DNA from: Gemmatimonadales bacterium
GTDB taxonomy: Bacteria; Gemmatimonadota; Gemmatimonadetes; Gemmatimonadales; GWC2-71-9
Assembly: GCA_041577295.1 (NCBI GenBank)
Contig: JBFGJG010000071.1
Span: 1-15,723, forward strand
Direction of reading: 5' to 3'
Length of the DNA: 15,723 nucleotides
Part shown: positions 1-7,761 of the stretch, piece after piece
Layout of the letters: every line of letters starts with the position of its first letter
How positions within the stretch are numbered: the stretch's first letter is position 1
The notes under the pieces: model-generated
What the model was told of the DNA's origin: nothing
Database searches by the model: none
Seen by the model: the letters and a program-made list of their open reading frames with translations, nothing else
Position numbers and translations under genes: made by a program

Positions 1-1288
1 CCTCACCATCGTGCTCCGCGTTGACGTAGAGCTGTTGCCACTCCGAGGACTCCATCTGCTCGAGTGCCTTTGGATGCCAGGCCTTCTTCGCCGCTGACGG
101 GAACAACCGGTGGTAGGCCTCCACGGTCTGTTGGACGCGGTCCGGTCCGTGGCTCCGCATCACGGCTAGCGTTCCGCGGCGGAACTGCGCGCAGAGCTCA
201 CCTATGATGTTGAGTTGGGCCAGGTGGCTCCGTTGCTCGTGTACCATCAGCGCCGTCATCTGGAATAGCGGGCCGAGTATCCAGGTGTCGAACTCGCTCT
301 CCTTTTGACCATCGAGCGCCCAGTCAACGAGCGGACGGAAATGGTTCGGTGGGTACCAGTTTTGACCCGTGTCCTTGTGTTCGATCAGCTCAGCGGCTGG
401 CGTGAACAACCCGCCGTAGTGCTCGGCCAGATGATGCAGGCAGGACCAAGTGAGAAAGTTCGCGCCTTTGGCCCCGATGGCGTCGTGTGCGCGCAGCGGA
501 TTGGGGCCCAACATTCGACGCACGTATTTGTCGATCTTCCAGTACGGCATGTTGCGCGCATGGTGGTAGCGAATCGCCGCCAGCGTGACCCCGCAGAACA
601 GCACGTCGAGCACGAAGGACCAATTGTCGCTCACTTCCATGGGAATGAGCCCCAATGCCCACAGGAGCTGCGTAATTGCCGACGGCTCTGGTTCCACTAT
701 CTCGTACACCTTGTTGACCTCATGCGGGAACGCCGGGTGGGCGATTCCCACACCGAGCTCAGCGCTCGGGAACCCAGATGTGACTGAGCGGATCTCGATG
801 TCGGGGAACGCCTCACGGAAGATCCCGTAGTGCGCCTTCTTGATCGCCAGGACTTCCGGAATTGCCTCGAGCAGGAAGCGGGGCCCGAGCGAGCTGAGCT
901 CGGCTGGTAGTGTTTGGCCGTCGTAGGTGAGGCGGACGATGTTGGACATGATTCGGTCCGCCTGCTCCTGGCCAAACGCCCTCACCAGTCCTGGATACTG
1001 TTTGCCGATACCATCTGGCGCGCCGGGGAAATCGAGTGCGACGATGGGGACGCCGTACGGTGTGAGCCGCGAGCCCAGCTGCATCGTCTTCCCGGCTCCC
1101 ACGATGCCATTCGCCCCCGATATGACCAGTGCCCCCCGCTGAGATTCCGGTCCGAATACCCGGTCCACGAGCTCAGCGGGCGTGGCGGGAAGGCGTCCGT
1201 GCTTGAAGATCTCCAGCACGGAGCCGAGGCCCAGGGTCTCTAGCGTGGGACGTCGCAGTGTCGTGGTGGTTGGCACCGTCGTCGTCAT
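1..1288 (-). CDS. Divergent 3-hydroxyacyl-CoA dehydrogenase-like protein, 3'-partial (>429 aa); possibly an HAD / enoyl-CoA hydratase fusion
   Basis: Hand translation from ATG at 1288 (ATGA overlap with the thiolase stop, GAGGAG SD upstream) stays open to the window edge: MTTTVPTTTTLRRPTLETLGLGSV... HAD landmarks: Rossmann LVISGANGIVGAG; EAIPEVLAIKK (cf. EAVPExLxxK); SVTSG (cf. SNTSS); HPAFPHEVNKVYEIV (His/Glu spacing identical to HFFNPxxxMxLVEVI); GPNPLRAHDAIG (cf. GPxxLxDxxG). Confidence 0.8.
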   Translation of the reverse strand, partial: MTTTVPTTTTLRRPTLETLGLGSVLEIFKHGRLPATPAELVDRVFGPESQRGALVISGANGIVGAGKTMQLGSRLTPYGVPIVALDFPGAPDGIGKQYPGLVRAFGQEQADRIMSNIVRLTYDGQTLPAELSSLGPRFLLEAIPEVLAIKKAHYGIFREAFPDIEIRSVTSGFPSAELGVGIAHPAFPHEVNKVYEIVEPEPSAITQLLWALGLIPMEVSDNWSFVLDVLFCGVTLAAIRYHHARNMPYWKIDKYVRRMLGPNPLRAHDAIGAKGANFLTWSCLHHLAEHYGGLFTPAAELIEHKDTGQNWYPPNHFRPLVDWALDGQKESEFDTWILGPLFQMTALMVHEQRSHLAQLNIIGELCAQFRRGTLAVMRSHGPDRVQQTVEAYHRLFPSAAKKAWHPKALEQMESSEWQQLYVNAEHDGE

Positions 1289-2478
1289 GTTCGGCTCCTC
1301 TCACTGACCTGAAACACGGCGGCGATTCCGATGTCACCAGCCGCGCACCCGAACACGAGAACGTTGCCCCCTCCCAGCGAGACCGCTTCCTCGAGGGCTT
1401 CAATGATGATCCGCGTGAGCGTGGGCCCTTGTGGATGCCCCCAGACGAGCGAGCTTCCCGTCTTGTTCATCTTGCGCCAATCGTAGCGCAGCATCCTTGC
1501 GAAAACGGCGTCGTTTACAGCGAAGGGGTTGTGGTTCTTGACCACCACCATGTCGTCCATCGTCAGGTCGAGCTTGGGGAGGAGCTTCTGGACGGCGAGC
1601 GCTGGCGCCTCCGGCATCAGGCTCGGGTGCGCTCGCACCTCGGTCTTGCCCACAATGCGGATGTCGATCTCTGGTCGTGCGCTCAGCTCGGCCACCCGGT
1701 CTTTGTGGGACACGAGGAGACACGCCATCCCGTCGGAGGCGTGTGTCTGCGTTCCTGAGGTCACACAGCGTTCGAGCTCGGGCATGGCACGTAAGCCGTC
1801 GAGTGTCAGACGTCGGATCCCGAGATCGTCATCGACGCGGCCCAAAGGCTTCCCCTGTACGTTGAGCACCTCGAGCGGCACCAACACTTCGTCGAAGAAG
1901 CCCGACCCTTTCGTGTCGAAATACTGCTGATGTCGCACATACGCGATTTCGTCCACTTCTTTGCGATCGATACGATGCTTGCGCGCTGCGTTGCCGGCCG
2001 TCACCAGCATCGCCTGGCCGGTGGCGGGATCGAACCCAAAGTTGTCCCACACATCGGCCAGCGGGACGGTACGCTGGTGGGCACGGCGTTCGGGAAAGAC
2101 GCCCACAGGTGAATCACTGGTCCGATCGAACGTCAGGACGCCCACGACATCGTATGAACCCAGCTCGACCTCGGCTGCTGCCAAGAGCGTGGCCTGAAGG
2201 CCAGTCGCGCACGCCTGCTCAACGTGATAGCCCGGGATGCGGTGGCCGAGACAGCTGGCCACGAGGGGGGCGTTCCAGAACTTCCAGTGCCACGGGATGG
2301 TTGACCCGATTACCAGGTACTCGAGCTCGCTCTTCGGGACGTTACGCAGCCCCAGGACACGATTCATCGATTCGCCGGCGAACTGCCCAATGTTGACCTC
2401 GGCTAAGGCACTCGTCTGCCAGGCCGGGAAGTAGCTACTCCCCCAGGTACCGTATGGTATCCGTGCCGTGGAACGCAT
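1285..2478 (-). CDS. Thiolase family protein (acetyl-CoA C-acyltransferase-like), HNPF-motif variant
   Basis: 397 aa. Nucleophile motif EQACATG, T(S)GTQTHASDG loop, HNPFAVN in place of NEAFA, GHPQG, C-terminal GCAAGD. GAGGAA SD upstream (ttcctc at 2487-2492 on the + strand). Confidence 0.92.
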   Translation of the reverse strand: MRSTARIPYGTWGSSYFPAWQTSALAEVNIGQFAGESMNRVLGLRNVPKSELEYLVIGSTIPWHWKFWNAPLVASCLGHRIPGYHVEQACATGLQATLLAAAEVELGSYDVVGVLTFDRTSDSPVGVFPERRAHQRTVPLADVWDNFGFDPATGQAMLVTAGNAARKHRIDRKEVDEIAYVRHQQYFDTKGSGFFDEVLVPLEVLNVQGKPLGRVDDDLGIRRLTLDGLRAMPELERCVTSGTQTHASDGMACLLVSHKDRVAELSARPEIDIRIVGKTEVRAHPSLMPEAPALAVQKLLPKLDLTMDDMVVVKNHNPFAVNDAVFARMLRYDWRKMNKTGSSLVWGHPQGPTLTRIIIEALEEAVSLGGGNVLVFGCAAGDIGIAAVFQVSERSRT

Positions 2479-2634
2479 GGCTCGGTTTCCTCGTCGAAGA
2501 GTGAGAGCTGTATGTCACGGCGAGGAAATCTAATTGGCTACGACTCGCGCCGCGCCCGCTCGAACGACATCTTTCGCCGGAGCGATCGGCTCTGGCGGCG
2601 CCGCACATACATCTCTCGCAACCTGAGGAACCGC

Positions 2635-3081
2635 ATGAACCTGACCGTTTACCTGGCCGGTGAAATTCACTCGGATTGGCGCGAACGAATCCGCAAAGGA
2701 ATCGAGTCCGAGGGCTTGCCCGTGTCAGTCCTCGCTCCCGTCACAGACCACCCCGCCAGCGACGATGTGGGTGTCGCCATCCTCGGCGCGGAGGCGGAGG
2801 GGTATTGGAAAGACCACAAGGGAGCCAAGATCAACGCGATCCGCACCCGCACGGCCATCGAGAAGGCCGACGTAGTGGTTGTCCGATTCGGTGAGAAGTA
2901 CCGCCAATGGAACGCAGCATTCGATGCAGGCTTTGCCGCGGCACTCGGCAAACCGATCATCACGCTCCACGATACGAGCCTCACCCATCCGCTCAAAGAG
3001 ATCGATGCCGCGGCCATGGCGGTGGCCGGGGAACCGGAGCAAGTGGTAGAGATTCTGCGTTATGTCACCACCAAGGAGTAG
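2635..3081 (+). CDS. ytoQ: YtoQ family protein (nucleoside 2-deoxyribosyltransferase-like fold), 148 aa
   Basis: Characteristic motifs VYLAGEIHSDWRE, PVTDHPASD, INAIRTRT, RFGEKYRQWNAAFDAG, HPLKEID. The start is placed at ATG 2635 behind GAGGAA; the 41 upstream codons in the ORF track are not family-like. Confidence 0.9.
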   Translation: MNLTVYLAGEIHSDWRERIRKGIESEGLPVSVLAPVTDHPASDDVGVAILGAEAEGYWKDHKGAKINAIRTRTAIEKADVVVVRFGEKYRQWNAAFDAGFAAALGKPIITLHDTSLTHPLKEIDAAAMAVAGEPEQVVEILRYVTTKE

Positions 3082-3084
3082 ATC

Positions 3085-3228
3085 CTGACCACCTGGCATC
3101 TCGAGCTGGTCATTGTGCTCTTTTGGGAGGTGTGGTCTACCATCGTCGTCTTGACCAATCTCGCTGCCATGCTGGTGTCGTTTCTCGTAATTCGCCTTTT
3201 GCCAAACGAAGAGGCACGTGGCGCTTGA
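3085..3228 (+). other. Candidate small hydrophobic membrane peptide or gene remnant, in frame after the ytoQ stop
   Basis: The frame after TAG reads ILTTWHLELVIVLFWEVWSTIVVLTNLAAMLVSFLVIRLLPNEEARGA*. AAGGAG (3073-3078) lies 6 nt before a CTG at 3085. There is no canonical start at the 5' end. Confidence 0.3.
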
Positions 3229-3254
3229 CGCAGGGCTTTGCTCGTCACCACACT
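3225..3254 (+). promoter_or_regulatory. Putative sigma70-type promoter that could give a leaderless maoC transcript
   Basis: TTGACG (3225-3230), 18 nt spacer, CACACT (3249-3254), then 6 nt to ATG 3261. No SD precedes this ATG. Confidence 0.3.
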
Positions 3255-3260
3255 CAACGC

Positions 3261-3677
3261 ATGCCTGTCCTGGACCTCACCGTCGGCCAAACGGCACGGC
3301 GCTCGCTGACGCTCACCGAGCGCCATGTCGCCATGTATGCGGAGATCTCTGGTGATCACAACCCGTTGCACTTCGACGAGGAGTTCGCGGCGGGCACGAA
3401 GTTCGGCAAGCTGGTGGTACAAGGAGGCCTGACGACCGGACTCTTGCACGCGCTGGTGGCAATGGACATGCCCGGACCGGGGACGGTGTTTCTGAGCCAG
3501 AACTGGAAGTTCACCGGGCCGGTGTTCATCGGTGACACCATCACCGCGGAGGCGGAGGTGGTGAGCTTGCATCAATCCAAGCCGGTGACGCAGCTCCACG
3601 TCACTGTGACCCGGCACACCGGTGAAGTGGTCCTGGAAGGAGAGGCGTGGTGCTACCGTTTCACGCCCACCAAGTGA
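3261..3677 (+). CDS. MaoC/PhaJ-like hot-dog-fold dehydratase ((R)-specific enoyl-CoA hydratase-like), 138 aa
   Basis: Hydratase-2 motif YAEISGDHNPLHFD, followed by FGKLVVQG, PGPGTVFLSQNWKF and PVFIGDTI. The start is placed at MPVLDLTVGQ. Confidence 0.9.
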   Translation: MPVLDLTVGQTARRSLTLTERHVAMYAEISGDHNPLHFDEEFAAGTKFGKLVVQGGLTTGLLHALVAMDMPGPGTVFLSQNWKFTGPVFIGDTITAEAEVVSLHQSKPVTQLHVTVTRHTGEVVLEGEAWCYRFTPTK

Positions 3678-3696
3678 ATCAACTCCGAGGAAATCC

Positions 3697-5100
3697 ATGA
3701 ATCGCTCGCACGCACGGTGCGTCTCTCTCATCGTCAGCGCAGGCCTGGTGAGCCTCGCCGCTCCCACTGGCGCCCAGCAGTCCAGTACCTCGGCACTCGA
3801 GACAACGGCTGTCGAACTCGTGCAGGAGTATTTTCGAATCAACACCATCAACCCGCCCGGGAACGAGACGCGCGCGGTGGAGTTTTTCGCGCGGATCTTC
3901 GACGCGGAGGGAATCGAATACCAGACCGCTGAGTCGGCACCCGGCCGAGGCAACATTTGGGCGCGACTGAGGGGTGGGGGGAACCCGGCACTCGTGCTGC
4001 TTCACCACTCTGACGTCGTACCGGCTGACGCCACTCACTGGATCGTCGAGCCCCTGTCCGGCGTAATCCGCAACGGGTACGTCTACGGGCGCGGCGCGCT
4101 CGACACCAAGTCCCTCGGTATCTATCACCTCCAGGCATTCCTGGCACTGCACCGAGCAGGAAGACCACTCAATCGCGATGTGATCTTCATGGCAACGGCT
4201 GATGAAGAGGCTGGAGGGTTCTTCGGTGCAGGTTGGTTGGTGGAGAATCGACCCGAGTTGTTCGAGAACGTTGGGTTCGTCTTAAACGAGGGAGGTGGTG
4301 GCAGCCTGGCTGGCGGGAGTCAACGATTCGTCATCGAGGTGACACAGAAAGTTCCCATTTGGCTCCGTCTCGTCGCCGGCGGGCTCCCGGGTCACGGCTC
4401 CACGCCGCGCGTGGAGACCGCTGCGAACCGTTTGATCCGCGCCCTCGATCGGCTACGAAACCATCGATTTGCCCCGAGAGTGCTCGAGCCGGTCGATACC
4501 TACTTCAAGGGGATTGCCGCCCAGGAACCCGATCCATGGCGCGAGCCGTTCGCCAACATGCAGGATGCCGTGCAGGATCAGGATTTTTTGCTCAAGCTGC
4601 AACTCCGCGATCCGTACCTCCACGCGCTCACGCGTAACACATGCTCCATCACCCGCTTCGAGGGAAGCAGCAAGATCAACGTCGTGCCGACCGAAGCGTG
4701 GGCGGAGATCGATTGCCGGATGCTGCCAGATCAGGACCCCGAGTTGTTCCTCGAAGAACTTCGCACCGTCATCAACGATCCGGCGATTACGATCCGGCAA
4801 ATCATGGCTTTCACACCCGCCATCTCCACAACCGACAGCGACGTGTACCGTGCCATCGTCGATGTGACCAAACGCCACTACCCGCAGGCAACCATCCTCC
4901 CCGGTGTGAGCTCTGGATTCACGGATAGTCACTTCTTCCGCGACCTCGGCATCGTCGCGTACGGCTACGACCCGAGTCTGATACCCACCGAGGACGACGC
5001 GGGAGTACACGGTAACAACGAACGCATATCCGTCGAGAACGTGCGACGTGGTACCCGCATGATGATCGAGATCGTACAACGGGTGGTCTATGATCGGTAA
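3697..5100 (+). CDS. Exported M20/M25/M40 family dinuclear metallopeptidase / aminoacylase (copy 1), 467 aa
   Basis: Signal-peptide-like N-terminus (MNRSHARCVSLIVSAGLVSLAAPTGA-QQ) after a GAGGAA SD. Motifs HSDVVP, GRGALDTK, ADEE, NEGG, GHGS, GFTD, HGNNER. Confidence 0.92.
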   Translation: MNRSHARCVSLIVSAGLVSLAAPTGAQQSSTSALETTAVELVQEYFRINTINPPGNETRAVEFFARIFDAEGIEYQTAESAPGRGNIWARLRGGGNPALVLLHHSDVVPADATHWIVEPLSGVIRNGYVYGRGALDTKSLGIYHLQAFLALHRAGRPLNRDVIFMATADEEAGGFFGAGWLVENRPELFENVGFVLNEGGGGSLAGGSQRFVIEVTQKVPIWLRLVAGGLPGHGSTPRVETAANRLIRALDRLRNHRFAPRVLEPVDTYFKGIAAQEPDPWREPFANMQDAVQDQDFLLKLQLRDPYLHALTRNTCSITRFEGSSKINVVPTEAWAEIDCRMLPDQDPELFLEELRTVINDPAITIRQIMAFTPAISTTDSDVYRAIVDVTKRHYPQATILPGVSSGFTDSHFFRDLGIVAYGYDPSLIPTEDDAGVHGNNERISVENVRRGTRMMIEIVQRVVYDR

Positions 5101-7738
5101 CGATCGCTCGATCCGCAGATCGTTGCGCGTGCTCCTCGTGGCTGTTGGCGTAACCGTCTGGACGGTCTCGGGGTTGAACGCGCAGCAGATTCCACATCCG
5201 CGCGACGTATTGGGATTCACACCGGGCGACGACTATCGCATCGCAGACTTTCCTCAGTTACAAGCGTATTTCGACACGCTTGCCGCGACCTCACCACGGG
5301 TGCGTCTGTCGAGCGCCGGGAAGACACGAGGGGGGAACGATATCCTCGTCGCAGTCATCACTTCCGAGGAGAACCACGCCCGTCTCGAACGCTATCAGAC
5401 GATCGCCCGACAACTCGCCCGCGCACGTGGTGTGACGGACGAGGCGGCTCGCGCCCTGGCTGCCGAAGGACGGGCGATCGTGTGGATCGATGCAGGACTG
5501 CACGCCGCAGAAATGGCACACGCCCAACACGCGATGCTGCTCGCCCATCACATGGCGACCGATGAGTCGAGCGAGACGCGCCAGATTCGAGACGAGGTCG
5601 TTTTGGTGCTTCTCCCCTGCGTGAATCCGGACGGACTCGATTTGGTAGCGGATTGGTATCGGCGCACCGTGCACACGCCCCATCAAGACAGTCCCATGCC
5701 GTGGTTGTTCAACGAGTACTCCGGATACGAGAACAACCGTGATTTCTTCATGCAGACGCAGGAGGAGACGAAGATCCTGAGTCGGTTGCTGTATGAGGAG
5801 TGGCTACCTCAGGTGATGTACAACCACCATCAGGGGTTCTATCCGACCCGCATCTTCGTTCCTCCCTTCCCCGACCCGTTCAATCCCAACATCGATCCCG
5901 GTGTCATTCGGGGGATCGAGCTGGTTGGCGCTGTCATGCAGCATCGGTTTGAGCGCGAGGGCAAGGATGGTGTGATCTCTCGCTACGGCTTTTCGTCGTG
6001 GTACAACGGGTCTGCGAGAACCACCACGTACTTCCATAATATGGTAGGGATCCTCACCGAAACGACGCACGACACGCCATCGCCCTTCTTGTACGACCCG
6101 GCCAAGCTGCCTGAGCGATTCGGGAACGGTTGGTCCACTCGTGAGCCGTCCACCAACTACACTCGTCCATGGCGCGGCGGAACACTCCGTTTCCGGGATG
6201 CCATCGACTATATGCTCACCGGCTCGATGGGTGTGCTCGAGGCAAGCGCCACCTTTCGTGAGAAGCTGTTGTTTGGCATGTACCAAATGGGCGCGCGTCA
6301 GGTCGCGCTGGGTGAAACGGTCTCGCCGGTAGCCTACGTGATCCCACCAGACCAGCACGATCCGCAGACGGCCACGAGGTTCATCGAAATCCTGATGCGG
6401 GGTGGGGGGGAGGTCCACCGGGCGATGAGTCCGTTCACTGCGGATGGGGCGCGATACGGCAGCGGGAGCTTCATCATCCGCATGGCCCAGCCGTTCAGAC
6501 CATACGTCAAGGATCTGCTCGAGCCCCAACGCTATCCCGACATCCGGCACTACGCGGGAGGACCGCCAGTCCCCCCGTATGACAACGCTGGCTGGACACT
6601 CTCCTATCAGATGGGAGTACACACGGTCGCGATCGATCGCCCGTTCGATGCGGCCCTCGTGGCGCTCGACGCTTTCCCCGTCGAAACGGGTAGGGTCACC
6701 AATGGCGCTGCGAGCTACGGGCTCGTGGTCGACCCACGTCACAACAACGCCGTCATAGCGGTAAACAGACTCTTGGGGGACCGGGCCGACGTGTCGCGCG
6801 CCGATCACGCCATCATCACAGGACGCGACACGATTCCCGCAGGGGGATTCATCGTACGGACGCCGCACGATCGTGCCAGGCTCGCGGAAATGGCTCCCAC
6901 CCTCGGGCTCCGAGTTCACGGGCTCGATCGTGCTCCCGGTGCGGTTCGGCGCGTAAGCCGCTCGAGGGTGGGCGTGTATCAGAGCTGGGTAGTGGAGTGG
7001 GTTGACGGATGGACTGCCGCAGAGGGATGGACGCGGTTCGTGCTCGATGAGTTCGAGTTCCCCTATGTACGGATCGTGAATGCCGATATTCGCCACGGTG
7101 ATCTGCGCTCACGGTTCGACGCCCTCGTAATCCCGAATCAAGGTGTGGATGACATAGTCAACGGTTACCGGCCGGGTCGAAGGCAATTCGGTGAGGCGCA
7201 TCAGAACCTGCCACCGCCCGAATATCAGGGCGGAATCGGTGCGGAGGGCGTCGCGGCCTTGCGGTCGTTCGTGAACGATGGCGGAACCCTCATTCTGATC
7301 GATCGATCGACCGACCTCGCCATCGATTATCTCGATGTACCGGTGACGAATATCTTGCGTGACCTTCCGGAACATGAGTTCTTCGGACCCGGATCGATCG
7401 TGCGTCTCACCACGGATGTGACAAATCCCTTGGGGTACGGAATGCAGAAGACGGGCGTGGCCTACTTCCGCAAGAGCAGAGCGTTCACGTCCAACGACCC
7501 CGCCGTGGTCACTATCGCACGCTACGGGCAACAACCGTTGCTCATGTCCGGATGGCTGCTCGGGGAGGAGCACCTGGCAGGCGAAGATGCCGTCGTACAG
7601 GTGCCCAAAGGAAGAGGGCGGATCATCATGTTTGGGTTCCCGGTCTATTTCCGGGCCTGGCCGCACGCCACGTTCAAGTTCTTCTTCAATGCCTTACTGA
7701 CACACGACCCGCCCACTGGGCGAGCGGGTCTGAACTAA
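5090..7738 (+). CDS. Exported M14 zinc carboxypeptidase with C-terminal class-I glutamine-amidotransferase-like domain, 882 aa
   Basis: Signal peptide ending GLNA-QQ. Motifs HAAE (HxxE), NPDG, NNRD, NHH third Zn ligand, candidate catalytic Glu in GILTET. The C-terminal FDALVIP...GVAALRSFVNDGGTLI...GRGRIIMFGF is a GATase1-like pattern. Overlaps the upstream gene by 11 nt. Confidence 0.88.
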   Translation: MIGNDRSIRRSLRVLLVAVGVTVWTVSGLNAQQIPHPRDVLGFTPGDDYRIADFPQLQAYFDTLAATSPRVRLSSAGKTRGGNDILVAVITSEENHARLERYQTIARQLARARGVTDEAARALAAEGRAIVWIDAGLHAAEMAHAQHAMLLAHHMATDESSETRQIRDEVVLVLLPCVNPDGLDLVADWYRRTVHTPHQDSPMPWLFNEYSGYENNRDFFMQTQEETKILSRLLYEEWLPQVMYNHHQGFYPTRIFVPPFPDPFNPNIDPGVIRGIELVGAVMQHRFEREGKDGVISRYGFSSWYNGSARTTTYFHNMVGILTETTHDTPSPFLYDPAKLPERFGNGWSTREPSTNYTRPWRGGTLRFRDAIDYMLTGSMGVLEASATFREKLLFGMYQMGARQVALGETVSPVAYVIPPDQHDPQTATRFIEILMRGGGEVHRAMSPFTADGARYGSGSFIIRMAQPFRPYVKDLLEPQRYPDIRHYAGGPPVPPYDNAGWTLSYQMGVHTVAIDRPFDAALVALDAFPVETGRVTNGAASYGLVVDPRHNNAVIAVNRLLGDRADVSRADHAIITGRDTIPAGGFIVRTPHDRARLAEMAPTLGLRVHGLDRAPGAVRRVSRSRVGVYQSWVVEWVDGWTAAEGWTRFVLDEFEFPYVRIVNADIRHGDLRSRFDALVIPNQGVDDIVNGYRPGRRQFGEAHQNLPPPEYQGGIGAEGVAALRSFVNDGGTLILIDRSTDLAIDYLDVPVTNILRDLPEHEFFGPGSIVRLTTDVTNPLGYGMQKTGVAYFRKSRAFTSNDPAVVTIARYGQQPLLMSGWLLGEEHLAGEDAVVQVPKGRGRIIMFGFPVYFRAWPHATFKFFFNALLTHDPPTGRAGLN

Positions 7739-7761
7739 CAACGACCGAGGTATCACGACAC

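Noticed and set aside
753..903. Imperfect inverted repeat pair (ccgagctcagc...gctcggg near 753 and its complement near 884-903)
   Set aside because: It is short, imperfect, GC-rich and inside an intact coding region, with no transposase or target duplication. Likely chance.
305..1243. Plus-strand ORFs of 160, 81 and 109 aa at the left end
   Set aside because: They are shadows of the minus-strand HAD-like gene, which carries the family motifs and a coupled start.
3079..3081. Pyrrolysine or genetic-code reassignment of the ytoQ TAG
   Set aside because: YtoQ appears complete at this stop, no pyl genes are in the window, and no other gene here needs TAG read-through.
5804..7096. Long antisense ORFs (430 aa here; also 3060-3956, 4453-5220, 7753-8529, 10972-11832, 11875-12882)
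   Set aside because: They lie opposite well-supported genes and have no recognisable motifs. Such shadow ORFs are expected in GC-rich coding DNA.
2512..7761. Extended N-termini given by the ORF track (starts 2512, 2907, 3622, 7552; likewise 11062)
   Set aside because: The extensions overlap other genes or are low-information. Downstream starts have SD sequences and/or restore signal peptides and family-typical N-termini.
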